Origin: a virus
DNA: 64,000 bases
Direction: 5' to 3' (one strand)
IMG/VR virus record: IMGVR_UViG_3300008740_000003
Coordinates: 1-64,000 of that record
Below are positions 10,304 to 21,300 of the stretch, piece by piece. How positions within the stretch are numbered: position 1 is the stretch's first letter; every line of letters starts with the position of its first letter. Position numbers and translations under genes: made by a program. The notes below the pieces were generated by a model that did not search any database, was not told where the DNA came from, and was given only the letters and a program-made list of their open reading frames with translations.

Positions 10304-10762
10304 ATGAGTAATATTGGTCAAAATTTAACGACATATTTGTCAGCAGGAATTAAAGATAGATATTTCTATGGTTTAAGAAGAACTGTTGAAGGTGAATTGT
10401 ATATGCACAAAATTGACCAAATGAAAGCCGGTGAATCAGTTTCAATAAATGTTCCAGGTAATCCTGAGAAAAATTTTACTGATTTTGATCAAGGCGTAGA
10501 TTTTTATGAAGGTAGAGGACCTAATCATTCTTTAGTTTATGAAAATTTAAAATACGAACAATTTAGATGGGACGATGTTAATCTAAATTATTATGTAAAT
10601 GATGCTGGAGAGTTAGTAGTAAGAATTAATGCTACAAAAGATCAGGGCACTGTCACTTATCCAGAAACTTTAGAAACAGCTGGTGTCCAACCTAAAGAAT
10701 TTACATTTGATAGAGATGTATATTCATTTGATAGTAATGAATCAACTTGGGATAGAACTTAA
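10304..10762 (+). CDS. Hypothetical baseplate-associated protein (paralogue of 12718)
   Basis: RYFYGLRRT...DFYEGR...YENLKYEQFRWD shared with 12718; extra C-terminal TFD-x4-SFD-x4-TWD triple repeat. Confidence 0.6.
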   Translation: MSNIGQNLTTYLSAGIKDRYFYGLRRTVEGELYMHKIDQMKAGESVSINVPGNPEKNFTDFDQGVDFYEGRGPNHSLVYENLKYEQFRWDDVNLNYYVNDAGELVVRINATKDQGTVTYPETLETAGVQPKEFTFDRDVYSFDSNESTWDRT

Positions 10763-10782
10763 AAATACGTGGGAGTATAAAA

Positions 10783-12711
10783 ATGGCAAAAGAAATAATA
10801 AATGATGGTGTTATACCTAATGATGGTCAAGGTGACAATCTTAGGTTAGGTGCACAAAAAATAAATTCAAATTTTGATGAATTATATAACGCATTAGGAA
10901 ATGGAGAAACTTTATCTACTATTTCTTCTAATACAGTTACGGCAACAGGAGGTAATAAAATTACTTTCTATTTTCCAACTGAAGGAGATTTACCTAACGC
11001 AACAACTTATGACGGAATGTTCGCCCACGTACACGCCGACAATACAAGTAGAGTTGCTCATTCAGGAACTTGGATTAAATTAATTCAAGAAACTTCTTCT
11101 ATCGATATGTTATCAGATGTTGAGACTTCAAGTCCAGCACCAACTGAAGGACAAGCATTGGTTTGGAGTACTTCAAACAGCAGATGGCAGGCAGGAACAA
11201 TTGATTCAGGCGCAGGATCTTTTGTATCTTTAGCTGACACTCCAGGTAGTTTTGCTTCACATAATAATAAATTTGTATCTGTAAATTCCACTGCAAATGC
11301 TATAGAATTTAGTACACCTAGCGTTGATAGACTATCAGATGTTGATGTAACTACTACACCTCCAACAGCAGGACAAGTATTAAAATGGAATGGTACAAAT
11401 TGGATTCCAGGTGTTGATGCAACATCAGGTGGAGCAGGATCAGATGCAGATACATTAGATGGTTTAGATAGTACATATTTTTTAAATTATAATAATCTTA
11501 CTAACAAACCAACTGTAGCAACTACTTTAGTAGGATTAACTGATACTCCTGCAAATTATACAGGAGCGGCAAATAGATTTGTTAAAGTTAATAACGCAGG
11601 AGATGGAATAGTATTTTCCGTTGCAAGTACTGACGAAGGTAATTTATCAGAACTTTCTGATGTAACAACAATAGGAGATTATTACAATGTATCAAATGCA
11701 GTATACACACCTGCATCAGGAGTACTTGTATTAACTATTGGATTACATAATTTACAAGTTGGTCACAATATAAAAATTGCTTCAAACAGCATAGTCTTTA
11801 CTTGTGCTCAAGACAGTCATGCAACAGAACATAGTTATCCAAGAGGAAGTGGATCAAATTACGCAGGTGGAAAAGATCCTGCATATACTTCTACATCCGC
11901 AATTACGGCAGTAGGTACAGATTCGATTACTGTAAATGTTGGTATATCAAGTAATACAACAGCACACACTTTTATAAGAGCTACTGATAATTGTATATCA
12001 GTTACTGAAAAATCTTATAGTACATCAGCGGCATCATATACACCAGCAACTGGAGTACTTGTATTAACTATTGGAGCACATAGTATTAAAACAGGTCATT
12101 CTGTTTCGATTGTTACAAATAGTTTGACGTTTACGTGTGCTATGGATAGTCATGCAACAAACCATACATATCCAAGAGCATCTGGTTCGAACGCACCAGG
12201 TGGAGCTGATTATGTATACAATAAACCTGCTTTAGTTACAGAAACATCATCTACAACAATTACTGTAAATGTTGGTATATCTAGTAACCAAACAGCACAT
12301 ATTTTTGTAAGTGCTACTGCAAATAATATAAGAGTTGCACCATCACATGGTGATTCATTATATTTCAATGGAGTATCTTGGGTAAAACAAAACGGACCAA
12401 TATCAAGATATGAAATTACAAATGATGGAAATAACAATTATGTTTGGGAAGGTCCTGGTTTCTTAACTGCAACTAATGATCCAGTAATGTATATGAACAG
12501 AGGCCATACATATGTTTTAAACAATAGTTCAGGTGGTAGTCATCCATTTGAAATAAGAGTTAGTAATGGTGGATCAGCATATACAAGTGGAGTAACAGGT
12601 GATCAAAAAAATACACAGGTATTTAAAGTACCTATGGATGCACCTAGTACATTGTATTATCAATGTACATCTCATACAGCAATGGGTAACACAATTAACA
12701 TAGTGAGTTAA
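10783..12711 (+). CDS. Baseplate/fibre protein with T4 gp9/gp10-like N-terminus, two His/Cys modules and a C-terminal cupredoxin-like domain
   Basis: INDGVIPNDGQGDNLRLGAQKINSNFDELY is the gp9/gp10-type start; LSDV..PT.GQ.L.W repeats; HPF...YYQCTSHTAMG at the C-terminus. Confidence 0.7.
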   Translation: MAKEIINDGVIPNDGQGDNLRLGAQKINSNFDELYNALGNGETLSTISSNTVTATGGNKITFYFPTEGDLPNATTYDGMFAHVHADNTSRVAHSGTWIKLIQETSSIDMLSDVETSSPAPTEGQALVWSTSNSRWQAGTIDSGAGSFVSLADTPGSFASHNNKFVSVNSTANAIEFSTPSVDRLSDVDVTTTPPTAGQVLKWNGTNWIPGVDATSGGAGSDADTLDGLDSTYFLNYNNLTNKPTVATTLVGLTDTPANYTGAANRFVKVNNAGDGIVFSVASTDEGNLSELSDVTTIGDYYNVSNAVYTPASGVLVLTIGLHNLQVGHNIKIASNSIVFTCAQDSHATEHSYPRGSGSNYAGGKDPAYTSTSAITAVGTDSITVNVGISSNTTAHTFIRATDNCISVTEKSYSTSAASYTPATGVLVLTIGAHSIKTGHSVSIVTNSLTFTCAMDSHATNHTYPRASGSNAPGGADYVYNKPALVTETSSTTITVNVGISSNQTAHIFVSATANNIRVAPSHGDSLYFNGVSWVKQNGPISRYEITNDGNNNYVWEGPGFLTATNDPVMYMNRGHTYVLNNSSGGSHPFEIRVSNGGSAYTSGVTGDQKNTQVFKVPMDAPSTLYYQCTSHTAMGNTINIVS

Positions 12712-12717
12712 TAAATT

Positions 12718-13074
12718 ATGAGTCAAAACGAACTTGGAATAGGTATAGAAGAATTAACAAAAACACTTGGAGACTCTAGGTATTTTTATGGACTTAGAAG
12801 AACTAGTACAGGTGAAGTATATCTTTCTAAAGTAGATTTATTAGAATTAAATGACGGTGTTCAAGTTAATAGACCCGGTGCTATGGCAGGAAATTATAAA
12901 GACTTTACAAGAGGTGAAGACTTTTATGATGGTAGAGACATACAACATAAAAAAACTTATGAAAATTTAGTATACGAACAATATAAATGGGATGGAAGAA
13001 ATATTAATTATTATATTAACAATGAAGGTGAATTAGTATTAAGAGTTAATGAACAATATACATACGATGTATAA
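12718..13074 (+). CDS. Hypothetical virion protein (paralogue of 10304)
   Basis: RYFYGLRRT...YEQYKWD...YYINNEGELVLRVN. Confidence 0.6.
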   Translation: MSQNELGIGIEELTKTLGDSRYFYGLRRTSTGEVYLSKVDLLELNDGVQVNRPGAMAGNYKDFTRGEDFYDGRDIQHKKTYENLVYEQYKWDGRNINYYINNEGELVLRVNEQYTYDV

Positions 13075-13098
13075 AATAAATACTAGTAATTAGGACTT

Positions 13099-16000
13099 AT
13101 GGCAGATTTTAAAATAGATAGAATACGTTTTAAATGGAAAGGTGACTGGTTAGCAGGAACTCAGTACGTTAAAGATGATATTGTAAGATATGGTGCAAAA
13201 GTTTATACTTGTATCGAAGTTCACATTGCTGATTCCAATTTTTATAACGACTTAGATAATGCTACACCAAAATGGTCTCTGACTATGTCAGGTCAGTCTT
13301 GGACAGGAAACTGGCAACCTAATAAATTTTATAAAATAGGTGAAGTAGCAAAAGTTGGAGCAACACTTTACCAAGTTACTCAAGGTCACTTATCAAATGC
13401 AGATGCAAATAATGGAATATTAGGTGATGAAAGTAAATGGGAATACTTTGCAAGAGGAGAAAAATGGACATCTACATGGTTACCTAATACACTTTATAGT
13501 GTAGGTGAAACAGTTGTTTATGGTGGATCAGTTTGGAAGTGTGTAACAGCACATACATCATCTACAGCGGTAGCTGGATTAGAATCTCATCAAGCTAAAT
13601 GGACACAATATCATAGATCAGACAATTACAGAGGTTATTGGACACCTAACACAAGATATTATCCAGATGATATTACAAGATATGGTGGAACAGTTTATAG
13701 AGCTGTAGCAGGACACACTTCTGCTCCTACAGATTATTGGAATGGATTTACATCAGCAGATTATTCAACAAATTCTTCAAACGGTGTAGGTGCAATTTTC
13801 AATATTTTTAAAATTGGTACAAGTTTTTATGCAAAATTTACAAACACAGGAACAAACTTTGCGGCGGCAAATACAATTACTGTAGTAGGTAGTAAAGTAG
13901 GTGGAGCCGACGGTGTAAATGATGTAGTAATAACAATTAGTTCAGTAGATGGCGGTGGAGCAATTTCTACTTTTACTGTAAATGGTACAGCGGTTTCTGG
14001 AAATAATGGTTTAGAAGCCAATCAAGCGGCATGGGAAATAGTTATTGAAGGTATAGATTATATAGGTCATTGGGCAGAAGGAACAAAATATAATAAAGGT
14101 TCATTAGTATCTTGGAGTCCGGGAATTTGGAAAGTAACAACTGATCACTGGTCAATAACACCACACATGAATGAAACTAATTTTTCATTGTGGGTACCAG
14201 GTGCAGAATATGAAGGTTCTTGGGACGCAAACAAATATTATCAAAAAGGTGATGTTGTACAATTTGGTGGATACAGTTATTCTGCTTTAGTAAGCAATAC
14301 AAATATTGCACCAGGTGTAACAGATAGTACAAATACTTGGGAATTATTACAAACAGGTTATAACCATCGAGGTGAATGGGATAGTACAACTGCATACAGA
14401 ACAGGAGATGTAGTTAGAGCAGGTGGTAATTTATTCATAGCAGTACAAGCCAACACAAATGATGATCCAGTTACAACTTTTGTTTATGATCCAGGTAGTG
14501 ATGCTCCTGATCCTTGGCAATTATTAGTAACAGGTGTAGCATTTAAAGGTCCTTGGAAAGAAAGCGATGCCAATGGAGCAATTACTTACTATGTAGGTGA
14601 TGTAGTTACAGAAAAAGCAGATTTATATCGTTGTATAACAACTCACGTTGCAACTTCTTCAGATGCTAAACCAACTTTAGATGAAGAAAGTGAAAATGTT
14701 GGACCACTTTGGGTTAGATTGGCACAAGGGGCTACAGGTAACATATTAGAAATAGATGGAGATTTAAAATCTCATTCAGGGTCTGAAGATACTAGAATTG
14801 CAATTGGATCCTTTGGACAATTATTCAAAGTTAATGACGCTAATGATTATGGAGTTTGGGGAGACCATGATGTAGTAGCTAAAGTATTTTATGTTTCACC
14901 TTATGGAGAAGATAAATTAACAAGTGGTAAAAGTGTTGCAGGTCCATTTAAAACAATCAAATATGCTTGTGACTTTGTTGCACAAGACTTGGCAAGTAGA
15001 ACTCCAGCAACTATAATTGTTAAAACAGGAGTTTACGAAGAAATTTTACCTATAAAAGTTCCAGCGAAAGTTCATATTTGGGGAGACTTTACAAGACGTG
15101 GTGCAAACGTTAGACCTAAATCAGGTTACGAAGGAACAGATATGTGGTATCTACATGATGCAACAGGAATTGCAAATGTAACAATGCAAGGATTAACTGG
15201 TGGATTAGGTTCTGCAAATGAATATGGAACTAAACGTCCATCTGGTGCGGCTTATGTTTCTTTAGATCCAGGAAGTGGACCTAGTGATGGAACAGTTCAT
15301 ATTACAACAAAATCACCTTATATTAAAAATTGTTCAATATTTGGAACAGGGTGTACTGGATTAAAAGTAGATGGTGACTTACACAATGGCGGATTTAAAT
15401 CATTTGTTGCAAATGATTGTACACACTTTATTGAAAATGGTGTTGCTTGTTGGGTTAATGGAGATGCTAGAGTAGAATTTGTATCAGTATTTTCTTATTA
15501 TTCACACATAGGATATTTGGCAACAAACGGTGGAAAATTTAGAGCAACAAACGGTAACTGTTCATATGGAGATTTTGGTGCTGTTGCAGAAGGACTTTTA
15601 GCAAGTGAAACACCTATATCAGGAAAAATTAATAACCAATCACAAGAAGCACATATAGACAAAGTATATAATGATGAAAATGAAATTTTTGCTTTTGCTT
15701 ATGATCACGCTGGACAAGATTATACTTCAGCAAGTATAACAATTCAAGGATCAGGAGAAGGTGCGGCAGGAGCCATACGTTGGCCACAAATAAGACATGG
15801 TGCAGTAAACAAAATTAGAGTTTTAGGATTAGATGATTCTTCAAATCCAGGTGGTACAGGATATACAAGTGAATTAGGAAATGCTCAATCTGGTACAAAT
15901 AAAGAAATTAAATTAAGACCTCAATATGAAGGAACAGTAAATGAAACTGTTGGACAAAGAATTTATATTTGGGAAGGTGCAGGAAGAGGACAATATGGAT

Positions 16001-18252
16001 ATATTTCTGGTTATAATGCAACAACAAAAGTTGCAACTGTTAAAAAAGAATTTGATGATACAGATGGTTGGCAACACTTCATGGGTGGTTACCCAATTGA
16101 ACCATTACTAGATGCATCTACAAAATATTCAATAGAACCTAGAATAACTTTTACTCCTAACGCTGGAAGTAGAAGTAATATTAGTTACGGTTCAACAGGA
16201 GAAATGTTATTAGGCGCTTCAGGAAAAATTGGAGCATCAGATATTACAGCTCTAATAGGAAATGGTGTAGGTAATAGAACTTCTGATGGTACAAATTGGC
16301 TTGCGGCTGGTGGAATTCCTGCAAAAGATTGGAATAGTATTACTAAAACAACAAATTATTTTGTAGCAACCGCGGCTGATGGAACATTAATTAGATCGGC
16401 TGATGGAACAAGTTGGACAGATATAAGTGCAAATATTCCTTCAGATGTATTAAGAGCATCTGCTTATGACGTTACTGAAAACGTTTTAATAATTGCTTCA
16501 GAAACAGGAATGATATACAGATCAACAGATGAAGGTGCTACATTTAGTTCAATTCAAGTTGAACTATATGATGGATCAACACCAGTGTTTACACAAATGG
16601 CTTGTGGTAATGGATTATTCATAGGTGCAAACACTACTGGACAAACTTGGGAAAGTATGGGCGGTGGTACAACTTGGACTAAAGCCGCTAATATGGGTGA
16701 CTTTTTAATGGACACTAATTCAGGATTACAAGTTGTTCATAGATATAATTTGAAAAAATTAACATTTGGTGGTGGTAAATTTGTTGCATCAGTACAAGAT
16801 GCACCTGGTGATGAAAGTACAGTTGCTAATAAATTTTTAATATCAAATGCTAACGCGGCACAATCACAAACATCATCTTCTTACAGTTGGACAGAAAGTG
16901 ATACGCCTCCACACGCAGGACCATATACAGATGTTGCATATTCTCAAGGAGTTTATATTGCAATTACTGACGGTGGGGATCATGCATATAGTTTTGATGC
17001 ATATTCTTGGAAACAATTAGATTCAGCATTGGCAGGAACTTACAATGGTATAGTAGGTGGAAGAAATACTGCAGGTGGATACTTTATTCCATTACGAACT
17101 GGTTCTCAATCTGGGGCAGAAAAAATTCTAAAAGGTGCAACACCTTTAGCTAGAGCAATTACAAGTTCTTCAGCAATTACAAATATACAAATTTTAGATC
17201 CAGGTAGTGGATATTCAACAGAACCTACAGTTACTATCACTGATAACAAAAATACTGCAGAAGCATCATTAAAATCATTTGTACAAAATGGAGTACTTTC
17301 ACAACCAGAATTTACAAACAGAGGTACAGGATTTATAAATGTAACTGCAACTTTAAGTGGAGATGGTTTTGCAGATGAATATCAAGTTGGACCTTATATT
17401 GAAGTTAAAGATTTATCTAGAAAACCTGGACCAGGTGCAATTTTATATGTAACTGGAATTGATGATCAAGTTTATAGAATTACTCAAATTAATAAAGTTG
17501 TTGGTGCAGAACCTAGCATTTCTGCTCAATTCAGAATAACACCAACAATGAAAGCAAATGAATCACCTGCTCATGATGTTGCATTAACAATAAGAGAAAA
17601 ATATTCTCAAGTTAGATTAACAGGTCACGATTTCTTAGACATTGGAACAGGTAATAAATCTACAACTAATTATCCAGGTTTATATACTACTGGTTATACA
17701 GAAGGTTATGAACTTAAACAACAAAATGAAACTGTATCAAATGGAGGAGGTAGAGTATTTTATACTTCTACTGACCAAGATGGAAATTACAGAGTTGGTG
17801 AATTATTTGAAGTAGAACAGGCAACAGGAATAGTAACTCTAAATGCTGATTTATTTGACTTGTCAGGTTTAACTGAATTAAGTTTAGGTGGTATTGTAAT
17901 AGGTGGAACTGAAGTTAAAATTGAAGAATTTAGTACTGATGGTACAATGGCGGCTAATAGTGATAACGTTATACCAACACAAAGAGCAATTGCATCATAT
18001 ATAGGTTCAAAAGTTTCTGGTGGTGGAGCAAATCTTACAACAAATGAAGTAAGAGCAGGACAAATTAAATTAAGAAATAATGAAATGTTTAATGAAGCAT
18101 TTCCCACAAATGGTCAAATTGAATTCTCTGGAGCAGTATCAATAGCGGCTGTAAGTGGTAGTATTATAGCAACTTCATACTTTTTAGGGGCAGGACCGGC
18201 TGAATTTTTAAATGAGGGTGGCCCTGAAAGAGACGCATTATATGGTGAATAA
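13099..18252 (+). CDS. Large tail/baseplate fibre protein with CBM5/12-like repeats, beta-helix and a BNR/beta-propeller-like insert (paralogue of 18301)
   Basis: Repeated W....Y..GD.V..GG units; S.DG..W Asp-box-like repeats (RSADGTSW, RSTDEGATF, YSFDAYSW); YSQVRLTGHDFL...GGRVFYTSTDQDGN C-terminal block. Confidence 0.75.
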   Translation: MADFKIDRIRFKWKGDWLAGTQYVKDDIVRYGAKVYTCIEVHIADSNFYNDLDNATPKWSLTMSGQSWTGNWQPNKFYKIGEVAKVGATLYQVTQGHLSNADANNGILGDESKWEYFARGEKWTSTWLPNTLYSVGETVVYGGSVWKCVTAHTSSTAVAGLESHQAKWTQYHRSDNYRGYWTPNTRYYPDDITRYGGTVYRAVAGHTSAPTDYWNGFTSADYSTNSSNGVGAIFNIFKIGTSFYAKFTNTGTNFAAANTITVVGSKVGGADGVNDVVITISSVDGGGAISTFTVNGTAVSGNNGLEANQAAWEIVIEGIDYIGHWAEGTKYNKGSLVSWSPGIWKVTTDHWSITPHMNETNFSLWVPGAEYEGSWDANKYYQKGDVVQFGGYSYSALVSNTNIAPGVTDSTNTWELLQTGYNHRGEWDSTTAYRTGDVVRAGGNLFIAVQANTNDDPVTTFVYDPGSDAPDPWQLLVTGVAFKGPWKESDANGAITYYVGDVVTEKADLYRCITTHVATSSDAKPTLDEESENVGPLWVRLAQGATGNILEIDGDLKSHSGSEDTRIAIGSFGQLFKVNDANDYGVWGDHDVVAKVFYVSPYGEDKLTSGKSVAGPFKTIKYACDFVAQDLASRTPATIIVKTGVYEEILPIKVPAKVHIWGDFTRRGANVRPKSGYEGTDMWYLHDATGIANVTMQGLTGGLGSANEYGTKRPSGAAYVSLDPGSGPSDGTVHITTKSPYIKNCSIFGTGCTGLKVDGDLHNGGFKSFVANDCTHFIENGVACWVNGDARVEFVSVFSYYSHIGYLATNGGKFRATNGNCSYGDFGAVAEGLLASETPISGKINNQSQEAHIDKVYNDENEIFAFAYDHAGQDYTSASITIQGSGEGAAGAIRWPQIRHGAVNKIRVLGLDDSSNPGGTGYTSELGNAQSGTNKEIKLRPQYEGTVNETVGQRIYIWEGAGRGQYGYISGYNATTKVATVKKEFDDTDGWQHFMGGYPIEPLLDASTKYSIEPRITFTPNAGSRSNISYGSTGEMLLGASGKIGASDITALIGNGVGNRTSDGTNWLAAGGIPAKDWNSITKTTNYFVATAADGTLIRSADGTSWTDISANIPSDVLRASAYDVTENVLIIASETGMIYRSTDEGATFSSIQVELYDGSTPVFTQMACGNGLFIGANTTGQTWESMGGGTTWTKAANMGDFLMDTNSGLQVVHRYNLKKLTFGGGKFVASVQDAPGDESTVANKFLISNANAAQSQTSSSYSWTESDTPPHAGPYTDVAYSQGVYIAITDGGDHAYSFDAYSWKQLDSALAGTYNGIVGGRNTAGGYFIPLRTGSQSGAEKILKGATPLARAITSSSAITNIQILDPGSGYSTEPTVTITDNKNTAEASLKSFVQNGVLSQPEFTNRGTGFINVTATLSGDGFADEYQVGPYIEVKDLSRKPGPGAILYVTGIDDQVYRITQINKVVGAEPSISAQFRITPTMKANESPAHDVALTIREKYSQVRLTGHDFLDIGTGNKSTTNYPGLYTTGYTEGYELKQQNETVSNGGGRVFYTSTDQDGNYRVGELFEVEQATGIVTLNADLFDLSGLTELSLGGIVIGGTEVKIEEFSTDGTMAANSDNVIPTQRAIASYIGSKVSGGGANLTTNEVRAGQIKLRNNEMFNEAFPTNGQIEFSGAVSIAAVSGSIIATSYFLGAGPAEFLNEGGPERDALYGE

Positions 18253-18300
18253 GGATTTAACAGTAATGATAAATAAAAGATATAAAAGGATTTAACGAAA

Positions 18301-21300
18301 ATGGCTGAGTTTAAACTAGGTAGAATTAAGTTTGTTTGGAAAGGTTCTTGGGCAACTACTACAACTTATTATGTTGATGACGTAATAAGATATGGTGGAA
18401 GAACTTACAATTGCGTAACTAATCACACATCTGGTACATTTCAAACTGATTTAGGTGCTGTAAAATGGCAACTAATGTCAGATGGTATAGAGTGGAAAAG
18501 TGATTGGGTTGCAAATACAACTTATAAACCAAATGATGTAGTAAAATACGGTGGTTACATTTATCTTGCTAACACTGGTCATACCTCAGCGGCAACAGTT
18601 GCTTTAGGATTAGAAGCCGATCAAGCTAAATGGGATTTATTCATAGAAGGTTTTGATTGGAAATCTGATTGGACAATTTCTACAAGATATAAGAAAAACG
18701 ATTTAGTAAAATATGGTGGTTCAGTTTATCTTTGTATAACAGAACACGAATCAGATAACACAACAGCAGTTGGTCTAGAAGGTCAACAAGCTAAATGGGA
18801 AATTTTTGGAAAAGGTTTTGTTTGGTCAGGTGACTGGGCAATCAATACTAGATATAAAGTTAATGACACCGTTAGATATGGTGGACAAATTTACGTTGCT
18901 ATAACTGGACATACTTCAGCGGCAACTGAAGCAGATGGTTTAGAAGCCAACCAAGGACAATGGCAAGCCTTACACAAAGGAATTGAATTCAAAGGTGACC
19001 ACGCAACAGCAACAAGATATAAAGTAAATGATGTTGTAAAATATGGTGCAAACATTTGGATTTGTACAACACAACATACATCAACAGGAATTTTATCTGC
19101 CGATGAAGCTAATTGGTCAATTTTAATTCCAGGTATTGAATTTGAAGATACTTGGAGCAACTCTACAAATTATCAACCAGGTGACTTTGTTACTTACGGT
19201 GGATATAGTTATGTTGCAGATAGAAATAATATTAATAAACTTCCACCTGATAACTCAAGTGATTGGACTTTATTCGTAACAGGATTTAATTTAAGAGGTG
19301 ACTATAATGCCGCAACTGCATACAAACAAGGTGACGTTGTTAGAGTAGGCGGTTTCACTTATCTTGCAATTGCAGATGGAACAGGTAATAGACCACCAAA
19401 TGTAACTAAATGGGATAAACTTAACGAAGGATTATATTGGAAAGGTGCTTGGACAAATGCAACTTACTATGACAAAGGAGATATAGTAAGAGGTACAACA
19501 AACACTACTACAAGTTATCTTTGTATAACAGAACACACATCAAATAACGTTGGTCCATCAACAATTAATCAACCAGACTATCCACCAGGAGCAGGTGTTG
19601 ATACTAGTGCATGGCAATTATTGGCGGGTGGTGCAGAATCTTCTGTATTAACAACGAAAGGTGATCTTTTAATTTATGGTCAATCAGGACCAGCAAGATT
19701 ACCAATTGGTAAAGCAGGACAAACTTTAGTTGTAAATAATGCAGGTGACTTACCTGAATGGGGATACTTTGGTGCAATAGATCAAGTTTATTACACAGGT
19801 CCAGCAGGACAAGACAAACCTTCTCCAGATGCAGGAACAACACTTGACAAACCTTGGAAATCTTTAAGATATGCTTTATGGCAAATTGAACAAGGACCAA
19901 GAAATCCTCAAGGAACTTATTTGTTAGAAAGAAACAAAGCATTCATTCAAGAAGAAACTTTAGCTTGGATTAATGCACAAATTTCAGGAAACACTGCACC
20001 ATTTACAAATGCTTACACATACGACGCTGTTAAATGTAGAAGAGATGCAGGATTTATGATAGATGCACTTTTATATGATTTAAGACATGGCGGAAATGAA
20101 AAATCAAGATATGCAACACTTAGAATTTCAACACAAACAGAATTTGTAAATCATAAAGATGAATTAACAGCTTATCTTAATAGATTAGTTTATATTTCTC
20201 AACAATGTGTAGCCAATAATGCAGGTTATTCTGCTTTACAAGGTACAGTTAATCAACTTATTGATAATAATTACGTAACTGAATCTGCAGTATCAGGAGA
20301 AATTGCAAGTTATGTAAAAATTGCAACAGATTGTCTTGCGGCAGGAAATACAGCTGGAGTTCCAGCAGAAGAAGTTCCACAAACTACATTATTTGCTAAG
20401 AGCGGAACATATGAAGAAGTGTTACCTCTTTCAGTTAAAAAAGGATTAGCAATAGTAGGAGATGAATTAAGATCAACAATTGTTAAACCAGCAGGTCAAA
20501 TTGTTGGTACAAGTGACACACAATATACATTACAAGGTCTTGGTAGACTACAGGCAATTATATCTGATATAGTTACAAATAGTGCTGTAACACCAACACC
20601 AGTAGGCGGAGTTATAACTTTTACAACACCAGGTGCAGACTTAGGTTTTGTTAATGGAACTTATAATAACGTTGCAGTAACAGGTGGTTCTGGATCAGGA
20701 TGTACAATGGATGTAACTGTATTATCATACACAATTACTAGTCTTACTGTAAATCAACCAGGACAAAATTATGCAATTTCTGATTCATTAACAATTCCAG
20801 GAGCAACAATTGGATCTGATGGAGTATTCACAGTTAATAGTGTTACAACAGGAAATAATTTAACACAAAATACAGATGCACCAGCAGGTTCAGGAGCGGC
20901 AGGAACAGCGGCGGCGGCAATTGCACAAAATATTTACGACCATATAGATTTCAAAGTTAATGCTAATGGATCTGATCCAGCATTGACAGGAACAAATACT
21001 GCTCAAGCAGATGCAGGTTATTCAGATGCAAGATTAAGATTGTTAGCAAATATGGATTTTGTTGCTTTAGAAGTTGCAGAATTTGTACAAAGAGCAAATC
21101 CATCTCATAGTAATTTTAAAGATAAATGTTTAGCAGATGTCAAATATTATCTACGAGCAATAATGGATGATATGCAATATACTGGAAATTACAAATCATT
21201 AAAAGCATCTGATTCATATATTAATTCTAGACTTACTACAGGTTCAGCTACAAGCGATATGTTCTATGTAAGAAATGCAACAGGAATTAGAAATATGACA

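Noticed and set aside
18251-18296. Direct repeat aaggatttaac (18251 and 18286) flanking a late promoter
   Set aside because: Only 11 nt, AT-rich and SD-like; could be a chance or small local duplication, with no evidence of function.
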